Notes under the pieces: generated by a model
Seen by the model: the letters and a program-made list of their open reading frames with translations, nothing else
The model's database searches: none
Told to the model about the DNA's origin: nothing
Translations under genes and position numbers: made by a program
In this document: piece after piece, positions 23,349-35,598 of the stretch
Numbering within the stretch: the stretch's first letter is position 1
How the letters are laid out: every line of letters begins with the position of its first letter
Assembly: GCF_032191835.1 (NCBI RefSeq)
Contig: NC_083237.1
Span: 40,300,001 to 40,364,000, forward strand
Source of the DNA: Heteronotia binoei
Taxonomy: Eukaryota
Length of the DNA: 64,000 nt
Reading direction: 5' to 3'

Positions 23349-24549
23349 CACCCACTCATCTGTCCCCCTCTTTCTTTCTATAAAAGAGTAATTGATATTT
23401 TCTGTGCATTTTCTATTTTCTGTGAATAAAAAGTGCTGTGTTTAGGAGAAATTTGGGGGGTGGGGAGGTCACTCTTTACCATTAGTACATAGATATGCGA
23501 CGCTGAAACTATGCTTCTGACCTGGCACTGGGTTGGGGAGGAGAATATTATTACAATTCAAAATTCCTGGTAGTTTGGCCTCTTTTCCCATACTCATGAG
23601 ACAGCATGAGCTGCTGTTATTTTGCAAATAGCACAATCAGGAGGCCCCCTTTGTTTCTAAAATGTGAAGTGTACAGCCATATAATTCTGTCATATTGCCT
23701 CTGACTGCTTCTTGGATGTTCCATGGAAACTTTATATAGCAGGGTGGCAGATTCTTTGACCATCCTGTGACCCCAGCTGATGCCCATATTTGTCATGGAT
23801 ATACTGATCTGAAGTCCAATAACTGAGACTCTAAGAGGAAAATATAATGACAATATTATATAAAATAGATACTAGTACATATGGAATAATAAAGGGGGGG
23901 GAGGAAGCAAGAGCAAAATGGTTAAAAGGGTTACAGAGAAACTATACACTGAGGGGTGGGGGAGGGAGAGAACAAGAAAAGGAATAACACAAGACAGTAA
24001 ACAGAAATCACAGGGAAGATGGCCAAGTTTGGGAAGAAGCAATTGTTTAGAGTTAGAAAAGAAATTACAGGAGCTAAAGGAGAATGAATGATATCAACTT
24101 GGGATGCCAGCCTTTAGGTGGGACCTGGGGATCCCCTGGAATTACAGCTTATCTCCAGACTGCCAAGATCAGTTTCCATGGAGAAAATGGCTGCTTTGAA
24201 GGATGGATTCTATGGCATTATAACCCCACTGAGGTTTCTGGCCTCTCCAGATTCCATCCATAAATTTCTAGGAGCTTCCCAACCTGGATCTAGCAACCCT
24301 ACATCCCCCTTCCCCTGCCAGTGGCCAGGGGGAACCTTGCAACCCTGTCAACTCAATCTGGTGTCATGACTAGGGGGGATTTCACTTCAGCCATGAAGTT
24401 CACTGAAAGACCTTGGGCCAGTCAGTCACCATCTCTCAGTATCATTTTCCCCCAAGGTTTTTTGTGAGGATAAAATAGAGGAGAATTTTAAAAAGACAGA
24501 TAAATGTGAGTACAGAAATATAATTTTTGGGGTGTGTGTGTGTTAACAG

Positions 24550-26300
24550 CCATGCTTGTGTTGCAGAAAAGAAGCTCCTAAGTGTTTAGGAAACACTTGG
24601 CATAAACTCCATGAAAGAAAATAACAATGGCGTAAAATTAAGCATAATCACATACTGTCCCCAAAAGGTAACAATATATAAATGCCACCCCAATGACTGA
24701 AAAGTAAACAAAACAACCCAGCATTCAGATTCAGTTAGCTGGTAGAATTATTAGATAGATCCATCAAGACTGACCTAAAAGTGCATATAAATTTGGATGG
24801 GAGTTCATTAATGCTTGTGACATTGATTTAAAAGACAGTTTTAAAAGATACGATATAAGACAGAGACAAAAAAACCTCTACTATATGGTATAAGAAGAGA
24901 TCACTGTTAAAAAAATTGATTAAAATTAGGCAACAGGAATCTTTCTGTAAAGCTTAAGCAAAGTTATTTCTGTACCCCACAGAGAACAAAGGCAGCTGTG
25001 GGCAGTGGCCTCCTGTCAAATTCACTGAAAAAAGGCAGAAGGCCTTAATAACAGTATAAAAATGGGGAAGCTACAAAATGGAAGACAGGAAGTTGTTTCC
25101 AAAACAGACTGAGGGGGAAATTAAATAGCATGTTCTACAAAAGCAGGAAAAAAGGTCTTTGAGACAGTTAACTGGAAACTAGATCTTTTTTAAAAAGTAA
25201 GAGGGTGCCAAATAACCATACTTGAGTGAAATGAAATAGTGTAAGCATTATGAAATTAAATTAGATTGGAATATTAAAGAGAATTTTAAACTATGAATAG
25301 GTGTATGTTTATTGAGCCAAAACTACGTATAAGGTAGAAAATAATCATATGACAGTTTGTTGAGAGTGTTGCTAGAGCACATAATTACTCCAACATGTTA
25401 AAATACCCAGATACCCACAGAGTGTCAGGCATATAGTCCATTTTGATGTCAATAATTTGGTGCATGTGTATCAGCGATAATGATCACCTGAAAATGCCAG
25501 GGGTGTAAAAGTGTTGCTCATTATGGAAACACCATATTCCAAGATTTTTAAAACATCTCTCAGCTGAGGAATCATTTCTTTCACTGAGTTCTTTCTGAGT
25601 TCATTTCTTTCACTGAGTTCATTGCAGAATGCTCACCAGGAAAAAGCACACATTCTTTTGTAGGAGTAAATTTAAAAATTCTACCAAAATATACATTGTT
25701 TTCAGATTCCAGAAATAAATAGGGTAACATAATATATATATAGTGAAAAATAGTTGATGCAATACTAAAATTAATATAGAATTCTATTTAATATATATAG
25801 GAAAAAGGGGGAGGATATAATAGAAATAGTAAAATGGGAATAATCTTGTCATTAAGGTTTTGTAAGTATTGATATACATTTGCTGTATCTAGCTATAAAA
25901 GTAATTCGTTGCCTATCACAAAATCAGATCATTCACATATTCTTCCCCAGATATGCAGATTAATCTGACCAAAAGAAAATTAGACCTCTATCCTACACAC
26001 CCCAAATTTCCTGTGAGCATTAAATCTATTCTAAATTGACTAAAACAAAATGGGACACCTGCATCCAATATATTAAATTCCTTACAAGGACTGGATATAT
26101 TCTAGGAGGCATGGAGTTGAGAGTTGTTGAGTTAACAGGGAAATGATGGAATGTTCTGAAGAATATATTTATTCAACTCATCCCTCCATTTTTTTAAAAT
26201 GTAAGTAAAAGGAATAGGATTATAAGGAATAAAATAGGCATTGCTTTAAAGCAGAGGTTCTTACCAAGGACCATAATCCAATAGTACCAAATAATAGTGT
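24550..26300. mobile_element. Old, highly decayed LINE (L1-like) remnants, paralogous copy at about 31510-33335
   Basis: A-rich, strand-biased sequence with no open frame. Family assignment is tentative and rests on composition and faint ORF2-like wording. Confidence 0.35.
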
Positions 26301-26549
26301 AGGAGGAAGATATGCCTGACACTCTGTGGGTTTCTGGGTATTTTAACATGTTGGCGTAATTATATGCTCTAGCAGCACTCTCAACAAACTGTCATATGAT
26401 TATTTTCTACCTTATATGTAGTTTTGGCTCAATAAACATACACCTATTCATAGTTTAAAATTCTCTTTTATATACTAATCTAATTTAATTTCATAATGCT
26501 TACACTATTTCATTCCACTCAAGTATATTATATGGTTATTTGGCACCCT
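25202..26549. repeat. About 235-bp inverted duplication (25202-25434 / 26310-26549), paralogous at 32226-32458 / 33344-33584
   Basis: agggtgccaaataaccata...gtgtcaggcatat is the reverse complement of atatgcctgacac...tatggttatttggcaccct, with few mismatches. Confidence 0.9.
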
Positions 26550-27891
26550 GGTAGGAGGAAGGGTGAAAGAATTAGAGAACCAGTGATGCAGTAGAATGGG
26601 CACAGTGAAAAGGGGGACTAAGTAGATCATCTATGATCATCTATGCTACAAATCTTTAGTGAAAGAAAGGTTTCAGTTTACTTACATGGATGATGAAACC
26701 ACAGAAAGTTGATTATTTCCAAAAGTTTGACCCAGAAACAGAGAAGTATAGACAGAAAAGCAAAGACAAAAAGGAGAAATGATTTATACCAAATGAAGTA
26801 TAGAATAAAGGAATAAAAGAATGATTACAAAAAAAGGATGTATGCCATAGATGAAGAATAACACCTCTACACTGGATGAAGAACATGTTGAAGGTGGATG
26901 GTTGTGTATAAGAACATGAGAGACTGATATATATGGTTGTGAATCACACCACTGCTTTTGGAGATGTGCCAGTTATGAAACGACAATAAACATTTTAATG
27001 AACTGTTCTTGGCCTTAACTTATTTTCTCCCTCCTTCTTTTGTCTTACATCGGCTGGAGCAAACTTATACCTCTACAGCACACATTGAGAATCATCCTGT
27101 CAAAATGAGACATATATATTATAGACATATATATTAGACATATTATTGACCTATTGCTCTGTGTCTGTGTCCACATAGCAAATGTGTAAAGGGTAGTACA
27201 GAAAGAAGGAGGGGCAAATGTCACAAATGACACACACATGCACACCAAAGCACAGTGAAAAGCAACCAAGAACAAGGGGTCTCAAGTTGGGAATCCTAGC
27301 CATCAGATTCATAGTATAATTCCATACAGTATTAGTTCAGTGTAAAACAATTAAAATGAGTTGCATTAGGCTGCAGAAATTCTGAATAGCATTACATACT
27401 GACTGACTGACTGACTGACATACTCTCTAGGCCCTTGTGATGGTTCACTCAAAGAAAACTGGTGTCTTCCACATCTAGTGCCATATAATAAAGCTGTTAA
27501 AAGGTTTCTCTTAGTTGCCAGAGGTTGCAGTTAGTTACCAGATCCACAATATAGTCCTATGCAGAATTATTCCAGTATAAACAAATTAAAATAAATTTGC
27601 ATGATGTGAAGTGTCCCTGAATAGGACTGTACCACTAGTCATTTAACTCTCTAAACTCTGGTGATGGCTCATCCAAAGAGATGTGTTTAGCAATCTAAAA
27701 TGCAGATAGTCAGAAAGGATTCTAATGCATTCTCTCAAGAGTTATACAGCTTTGAATATTATGTTACATGGAGCACAAGTAATCAGTGTTGTAGTAATTT
27801 TTTTAACTGTCTAACAAATCTACATATGTGTAACACTGGAATACAAATTTCTATGGTATCTGAGAATGTAGCATCTTTTCTGTATTGTTGC

Positions 27892-28857
27892 CTAAATAGA
27901 GCTCTTAGAACAATAGCCTATTTGTCTTAAAGAAGATCCATTAATGGTTTTTCTGAGGGCATCCTTGAATTCTTGATTCCTCATACAATAAATAACTGGG
28001 TTAAGAAGTGGTGTTAGAACTGTATAGACAACAGACACAATTTTGTGGGCATTAACAGAGGTGAGAGCCCTTGGTCGGGCATAGATGAAAATGGTGGCAG
28101 CAAAGAAAACGGTGACTACCAAAAGATGTGAGGCACAGGTGGAAAAGGCCTTTCGCTTCCCTTTGGCTGAAGGAATGTGCAAGACAGTAGAGATAATACA
28201 GCTATAAGAAGTGATTGTTACAATGAGTGGTCCAATGAGAATGAGCAAGGCCAGCAGGAAGTCAATGAGTTCAACGAATGACAAATCAGTGCAGGCTAGA
28301 TTGAGAATTGGGGAGACATCACAGAAGAAATGGTTGATGATGTTGGGTCCACAGTAGCTCAAGCGTGAGATGAAGAAGGTCTTTCCTGTTGCTACAAAAA
28401 ATCCACTTAACCATGAACCGATTGCTAAACGGATACAGAAATCTTGACTCATTATGGCAGGATAACGCAAAGGGCTACAGATGGCAATATAGCGGTCATA
28501 AGCCATAACTGTTAGGAGGGCACACTCTGTGCATGCCAGAACCAGAAAGAAGAAGAGCTGGGCCATGCAGCCTGTAAAGGAAATATCCATCTTCTGTGTA
28601 GCAAAGCCTGAAAGCATCTTGGGGACAGTGACTGAGACATACCAGATCTCCAGGAAAGAAAAATTTCCCAGGAATATATACATAGGTTTATGAAGCTTGA
28701 TGTTCACCCAGATTAGTACAATGATGATCAAATTCTCCAACACTGTTAGGGTGTAGGAAACCAGAAAAACTGTGAATAAAAAGTGCTGCAGTTTTAAACT
28801 TCCTGGAAACCCCACCAGAATGAAAACTGTCACATGTGACTGGTTTGCCAGTTGCAT
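27892..28857 (-). CDS. Olfactory receptor OR-B, family 6 (OR6B-like), intact 321 aa, chimeric
   Basis: Full OR motif set. The N-terminal half is nearly identical to OR-A and the C-terminal half nearly identical to OR-C. Confidence 0.95.
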   Translation of the reverse strand: MQLANQSHVTVFILVGFPGSLKLQHFLFTVFLVSYTLTVLENLIIIVLIWVNIKLHKPMYIFLGNFSFLEIWYVSVTVPKMLSGFATQKMDISFTGCMAQLFFFLVLACTECALLTVMAYDRYIAICSPLRYPAIMSQDFCIRLAIGSWLSGFFVATGKTFFISRLSYCGPNIINHFFCDVSPILNLACTDLSFVELIDFLLALLILIGPLIVTITSYSCIISTVLHIPSAKGKRKAFSTCASHLLVVTVFFAATIFIYARPRALTSVNAHKIVSVVYTVLTPLLNPVIYCMRNQEFKDALRKTINGSSLRQIGYCSKSSI

Positions 28858-29183
28858 CTTAGATAACTTACTGATGTTGCAGAACTGAAAAAAATATTCA
28901 AAGGGAAGATATTATAACCCTATCCATATTGAATGTTCAAAATCAAACAACATTCTAAATCAAATGCTATATAAAATTATAGCCAATTGTATGTTTATTA
29001 AGAAGCCCAGTTTTTGTAACATCTCATTTTTAAAAAAATTAGGCCTACATTGAAAGGTGAAAAGCTGTGTAAGTATGTCAACCAGAACAATATAAATAGG
29101 ATTCAGAATTTTCTTCATCCAAATTCCTCTGCAGACTTGGAATTCCTAATTGCTCCAATTGTTTCTGAAGTGAAAAACTTTAG

Positions 29184-29469
29184 GGGCATTTTCGCACTGA
29201 CCTTAATCGGTAGCGACGCCACTCTTCAGCGCACAGGATCTGCCCGGATTTCGCACCAATTGCCGCGGAGCATCCGGAAGAGCCAGAAAGTCCTGCGGCT
29301 TTTGCGGCGCAAATGGAAACTGGTTTTTGGCGGTTTCCATTTGCGCCTCAAAAGCCGCGGGACTTTCCAGCTCTTCTGGGTGCTCCACGGCAATTGGTGC
29401 GAAATCCGGGCAGATCCTGCGCGCTGAAGAGGGGCGTCGCTGCCGATTAAGGTCAGTGCGAAAACGCCC
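29184..29469. mobile_element. PIF/Harbinger-type MITE, 286-bp near-perfect palindrome
   Basis: GGGCATTTTCGCACT...AGTGCGAAAACGCCC termini, 3-bp TSD TAG (29181-29183, 29470-29472). The arms pair almost to the centre. Confidence 0.85.
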
Positions 29470-31560
29470 TAGGAATTCCAATTGTTCTGCTTTTGTACAG
29501 AGAATTTTGCAGTTTCCTTTTATGATCCACATATTTTCCCATCCATCCATCCAACCATCCATCCAGCCATTCATCCATCCACCCACTCATCTGTCCCCCT
29601 CTTTCTTTCTATAAAAGAGTAATTGATATTTTCTGTTCTTTGGCATTTCATGAATGCACATGTACATATCGGTGAACTAATAAACGCAAAAGCAATGTTC
29701 ATGCTATTGCATTGACAATTGTTACTGATACTGTCTTTACATGGAGCTTTACAAATGTGTACAAGCACATATACATATCTGTAAAATGAAAACCACCTTG
29801 ATGTAGTCATACATATGATGGCATGTTTTACCTTGTGCAAGGTTTTATTATTCAAAGACTTTCCATTCTAGTACAGAGAGTGCATGTGTCATAATCCTTA
29901 CGTTCTAACATCACCTTCCTGGCATGGTATGTTTTCTTCACATGCCTTTTAAGAATAATCTATGGAAACAAGAGGGGCCTCACAAGACTCATAGTGGGGA
30001 AGCCCATATACCTCCCATTGTTGAGCCTGATGAGGCTCCAGGTCCCACTACCTAGCATTAAGCCTTGCTGCCAGCATCTTCCTTTGCTACTGGACTGCCA
30101 GCATCCTCTGCTGTGCCCAGGATTGGAATGCCTAGGCCCAGAAGAGCAGCCAGCATCCTCTCCTATGGCTGGGCTCACAGCCACTGCTGCCATATTCTTC
30201 CACTTGAATTGGCTGCTGAACTGGAGGAGCTTCCTAAGTGCATTTCAATGTGCAGGAAAAGACAACTGTATTTAGGAGAAATTTAACCCCCCTATAGCTT
30301 TTATTTTCAGTTTAATTTTTTTTTTCCTGCAAACTGGAGGAGTTCCACAAGTTGGCAGGAAAATCTGTTTATCACTGATTCACATATTTAGGTATCACCA
30401 ATTCGGGGGGTGGGGAGGTCACTCTTTACCATTAGTACATAGATATGCGACTCTGAAACTATGCTTCTGACCTGGCACTGGGTTGGGGAGGAGAATATTA
30501 TTACAATTCAAAATTCCTGGTAGTTTGGCCTCTTTTCCCATACTCATGAGACAGCATGAGCTGCTGTTATTTTGCAAACAGCACAATCAGGAGGCCCCCT
30601 TTGTTTCTAAAATGTGAAGTGTACAGCCATATAATTCTGTCATATTGCCTCTGACTGCTTCTTGGATATTCCATGGAAATTGAATATAGCAGGGTGGCAG
30701 ATTCTTTGACCATCCTGTGACCCCAGCTGATGCCCATATTTGTCATGGATATACTGATCTGAAGTCCAATAACTGAGACTCTAAAAGGAAAATATAATGA
30801 CAATATTATATAAAATAGATACTAGTACATATGGAATAATAAAGGGGGGGGGGGAGGAAGCAAGAGCAAAATGGTTAAAAGGGTTACAGAGAAAATATAC
30901 ACTGAGGGGTGGGGGAGGGAGAGAACAAGAAAATGAATAACACAAGACAATAACAGAAATCACAGGGAAGATGGCCAAGTTTGGGAAGAAGCAATTGTTT
31001 AGAGATAGAAAAGAAATTACAGGAGCTAAAGGAGAATGAATGATATCAACTTGGGATGCCAGCCTTTAGGTGGGACCTAGGGATCCCCTGGAATTACAGC
31101 TTATCTCCAGACTGCCAAGATCAGTTTCCATGGAGAAAATGGCTGCTTTGAAGGATGGATTCTATGGCATTATAACCCCACTGAGGTTTCTGGCCTCTCC
31201 AGATTCCATCCATAAATTTCTAGGAGCTTCCCAACCTGGATCTAGCAACCCTACATCCCCCTTCCCCTGCCAGTGGCCAGGGGGAACCTTGCAACCCTGT
31301 CAACTCAATCTTGTGTCATGACTAGGGGGGATTTCACTTCAGCCATGAAGTTCACTGAAAGACCTTGGGCCAGTCAGTCACCATCTCTCAGTATCATTTT
31401 CCCCCAAGGTTTTTTGTGAGGATAAAATAGAGGAGAATTTAAAAAAAGACAGATAAATGTGAGTACAGAAATATAATTTTTTTGGGGTGTGTGTGTTAAC
31501 AGCCATGCTTGTGTTGCAGAAAAGAAGCTCCTAAGTGTTTAGGAAACACTTGGCATAAAC

Positions 31561-31626
31561 ACCTGAGCCTGCTCCGGCGGGGGAGGGCGGGATATAAATA
31601 AAATTTTACATTACATTACATTTTAC
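31561..31626 (+). mobile_element. Short 5'-truncated LINE (L2-like) 3' end, present only in duplication unit 2
   Basis: cctgagcctgctccggcgggggagggcgggatataaataaaa plus an (ACATT)n tail, flanked by AAAC. Absent at the paralogous site near 24605. Confidence 0.65.
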
Positions 31627-34600
31627 AAACTCCGTGAAAGAAAATAACAATGGCATAAAAAATAAGCATATTCACATACTGTCCTCAAAAGGTAACAATA
31701 TATAAATGCCACCCCAATGACTGAAAAGTAAACAAAACAACCCAGCATTCAGATTCAGTTAGCTGGTAGAATTATTAGATAGATCCATCAAGACTGACCT
31801 GAAAGTGCAAATAAACTTGGATGGGAGTTCATTAATGCTTGTGACACTGATTTAAAAGACAGTTTTAAAAGATACGATAGAAGACACAGAGACAAAAAAC
31901 CCTCTACTATATGGTATAATAAGAGATCACTGTTAAAAAAATTGATTAAAATAGGCAACAGGAATCTTTCTGTAAAGCTTAAGCAAAGTTATTTCTGTAC
32001 CCCACGGAGAACAAAGGCAGCTGTGGGCAGTGGCCTCCTGTCAAATTCACTGAAAAAGGCAGAAGGCCTTAATAACAGTATAAAAATGGGGAAGCTACAA
32101 AATGAAAGACAGGAAGTTGTTTCCAAAACAGACTGAGGGGGAAATTAAATAGCATGTTCTACAAAAGCAGGAAAAAAGGTCTTTGAGACAGTTAACTGGA
32201 AACTAGATCTTTTTTAAAAAGTAAGAGGGTGCCAAATAACCATACTTGAGTGAAATGAAATAGTGTAAGCATTATGAAATTAAATTAGATTGGAATATTA
32301 AAGAGAATTTTAAACTATGAATAGGTGTATGTTTATTGAGCCAAAACTACGTATAAGGTAGAAAATAATCATATGACAGTTTGTTGAGAGTGTTGCTAGA
32401 GCACATAATTACTCCAACATGTTAAAATACCCAGATACCCACAGAGTGTCAGGCATATAGTCCATTTTGATGTCAATAATTTGGTGCATGTGTATCAGCG
32501 ATAATGATCACCTGAAAATGCCAGGGGTGTAAAAGTGTTGCTCATTATGGAAACACCATATTCCAAGATTTTTAAAACATCTCTCAGCTGAGGAATCATT
32601 TCTTTCACTGAGTTCTTTCTGAGTTCTTTCTGAGTTCATTTCTTTCACTGAGTTCATTGCAGAATGCTCACCAGGAAAAAGCACACATTCTTTTGTAGGA
32701 GTAAATTTAAAAATTCTACCAAAATATACATTGTTTTCAGATTCCAGAAATAAATAGGGTAACATAATATATATATAGTGAAAAATAGTTGATGCAATAC
32801 TAAAATTAATATAGAATTCTATTTAATATATATAGGAAAAAGGGGGAGGATATAATAGAAATAGTAAAATGGGAATAATCTTGTCATTAAGGTTTTGTAA
32901 GTATTGATATACATTTGCTGTATCTAGCTATAAAAGTAATTCGTTGCCTATCACAAAATCAGATCATTCACATATTCTTCCCCAGATATGCAGATTAATC
33001 TGACCAAAAGAAAATTAGACCTCTATCCTACACACCCCAAATTTCCTGTGAGCATTAAATCTATTCTAAATTGACTAAAACAAAATGGGACACCTGCATC
33101 CAATACATTAAATTCCTTACAAGGACTGGATATATTCTAGGAGGCATGGAGTTGAGAGTTGTTGAGTTAACAAGGAAATGATGGAATGTTCTGAAGAATA
33201 TATTTATTCAACTCATCCCTCCATTTTTTTAAAATGTAAGTAAAAGGAATAGGATTGTAAGGAATAAAATAGGCATTGCTTTAAAGCAGAGGTTCTTACC
33301 AAGGACCATAATCCAATAGTACCAAATAATAGTGTAGGCGGAAGATATGCCTGACACTCTGTGGGTTTCTGGGTATTTTAACATGTTGGCGTAATTATAT
33401 GCTCTAGCAACACTCTCAACAAACTGTCATATGATTATTTTCTACCTTATATGTAGTTTTGGCTCAATAAACATACACCTATTCATAGTTTAAAATTCTC
33501 TTTTATATACTAATCTAATTTAATTTCATAATGCTTACACTATTTCATTCCACTCAAGTATATTATATGGTTATTTGGCACCCTGGTAGGAGGAAGGGTG
33601 AAAGAATTAGAGAACCAGTGATGCAGTAGAATGGGCACAGTGAAAAGGGGGACTAAGTAGATCATCTATGATCATCTATGCTACAAATCTTTAGTGAAAG
33701 AAAGGTTTCAGTTTACTTACATGGATGATGAAACCACAGAAAGTTGATTATTTCCAAAAGTTTGACCCAGAAACAGAGAAGTATAGACAGAAAAGCAAAG
33801 ACAAAAAGGAGAAATGATGTATACCAAATGAAGTATAGAATAAAGGAATAAAAGAATGATTACAAAAAAAGGATGTATGCCATAGATGAAGAATAACACC
33901 TTTACACTGGAAGAAGAACATGTTGAAGGTGGATGGTTGTGTATAAGAACATGAGAGACTGATATATATGGTTGTGAATCACACCACTGCTTTTGGAGAT
34001 GTGCCAGTTATGAAACGACAATAAACATTTTAATGAACTGTTCTTGGCCTTAACTTATTTTCTCCTTCCTTCTTTTGTCTTACCATCGGCTGGAGCAAAC
34101 TTATACCTCTACAGCACACATTGAGAATCATCCTGTCAAAATGAGACATATATATTATAGACATATATATTAGACATATTATTGACCTATTGCTCTGTGT
34201 CTGTGTGCACATAGCAAATGTGTAAAGGGTAGTACAGAAAGAAGGAGGGGCAAATGTCACAAATGACACACACATGCACACCAAAGCACAGTGAAAAGCC
34301 ACCAAGAACAAGGGGTCTCAAGTTGGGAATCCTAGCCATCAGATTCATAGTATAATTCCATACAGTATTAGTTCAGTGTAAAACAATTAAAATGAGTTGC
34401 ATTAGGCTGGAGAAATTCTGAATAGTATTACATACTCTCTAGGCCCTTGTGATGGTTCACTCAAAGAAAACTGGTGTCTTCCACATCTAGTGCCATATAA
34501 TAAAGCTGTTAAAAGGTTTCTCTTAGTTGCCAGAGGTTGCAGTTAGTTACCAGATCCACAATATGGTCCTATGCAGAATTATTCCAGTATAAACAAATTA

Positions 34601-34924
34601 AAATAAATTTGCATGATGTGGAGTGTCCCTGAATAGGACTGTACCACTAGTCATTTAACTCTCTAAACTCTGGTGATGGCTCATCCAAAGAGATGTGTTT
34701 AGCAATCTAAAATGCAGATAGTCAGAAAGGATTCTAATGCATTCTCTCAAGAGTTATACAGCTTTGAATATTATGTTACATGGAGCACAAGTAATCAGTG
34801 TTGTAGTAATTTTTTTAACTGTCTAACTAATCTACATATGTGTAACACTGGAATACAAATTTCTATGGTATCTGAGAATGTAGCATCTTTTCTATATTGT
34901 TGCCTAAATAGAGCTCTTAGAACA

Positions 34925-35598
34925 TTAGCCTATTTGTCTTAAAGAAGATCCATTAATGGTTTTTCTGAGGGCATCCTTGAATTCTTGATTCCTCATACAA
35001 TAAATAACTGGGTTAAGAAGTGGTGTTAGAACTGTATAGACAACAGACACAACTTTGTGGGCATTAACAGAGGTGAGAGCCCTTGGTCGGGCATAGATGA
35101 AAATGGTGGCAGCAAAGAAAACGGTGACTACCAAAAGATGTGAGGCACAGGTGGAAAAGGCCTTTCCCTTCCCTTTGGCTGAAGGAATGTGCAAGACAGT
35201 AGAGATAATACAGCTATAAGAAGTTATTGTTACAGCGAGTGGTCCAATGAGAATGAGCAAGGCCAGCAGGAAGTCAATGAGTTCAATGAATGACAAATCA
35301 CTGCAGGCTAGATTGAGAATTGGGGAGACATCACAGAAGAAGTGGTTGATGATGTTGGGTCCACAGTAGCTCAAGCATGAGATGAAGAAGGTCTTTCCTG
35401 TGGCTATGATAAAACCACTCAGCCATGAACTGGCTTCTAAAAGGATACAAAAATCTTGGCTTATTATGACAGGATAACGCAAAGGGCTACAGATGGCAAC
35501 ATAGCGGTCATAGGCCATAACTGTTAGGAGGGCACACTCTGTGCATGCCAGAACCAAAAGAATAAGAGCTGGGCCATGCAGCCTGTGAAGGAAATTCA
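34925..35598 (-). pseudogene. OR-C: 5'-truncated, frameshifted family 6 OR pseudogene (TM3-TM7 only)
   Basis: Homology to OR-A/B stops at about 35598 (ggaaat|tcagct). There is a 1-bp deletion at about 35556-35559 relative to OR-A/B and an earlier TAA at the C-terminus. The 5' part was not found elsewhere in the window. Confidence 0.9.

Larger units (their letters stand above)
22305..28341. repeat. Tandem segmental duplication unit 1 (OR 5' half + spacer + next OR 3' half)
   Basis: Near-identical to 28342-35353 over kilobases (for example 24560-27890 vs 31510-34915), apart from a few indels. Confidence 0.9.
28342..35353. repeat. Tandem segmental duplication unit 2
   Basis: Paralog of 22305-28341. 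It is longer because it retains 29636-30263, 30284-30402 and the full MITE, and has gained an insertion at 31561. Confidence 0.9.

Noticed and set aside
27255-27300. O/E (Ebf) site in the conserved gtctcaagttggga motif
   Set aside because: The half-site spacing is 5 nt rather than the 2 nt of TCCCNNGGGA. I also found no convincing H-element-like enhancer by eye, and a motif scan would be needed.
27040-27930. Short ORFs repeated in both duplication units (for example 27045-27275/34030-34311, 27700-27930/34712-34942, 23617-23853/30567-30803)
   Set aside because: Their conservation is explained by the recent duplication, and they have no coding signatures.
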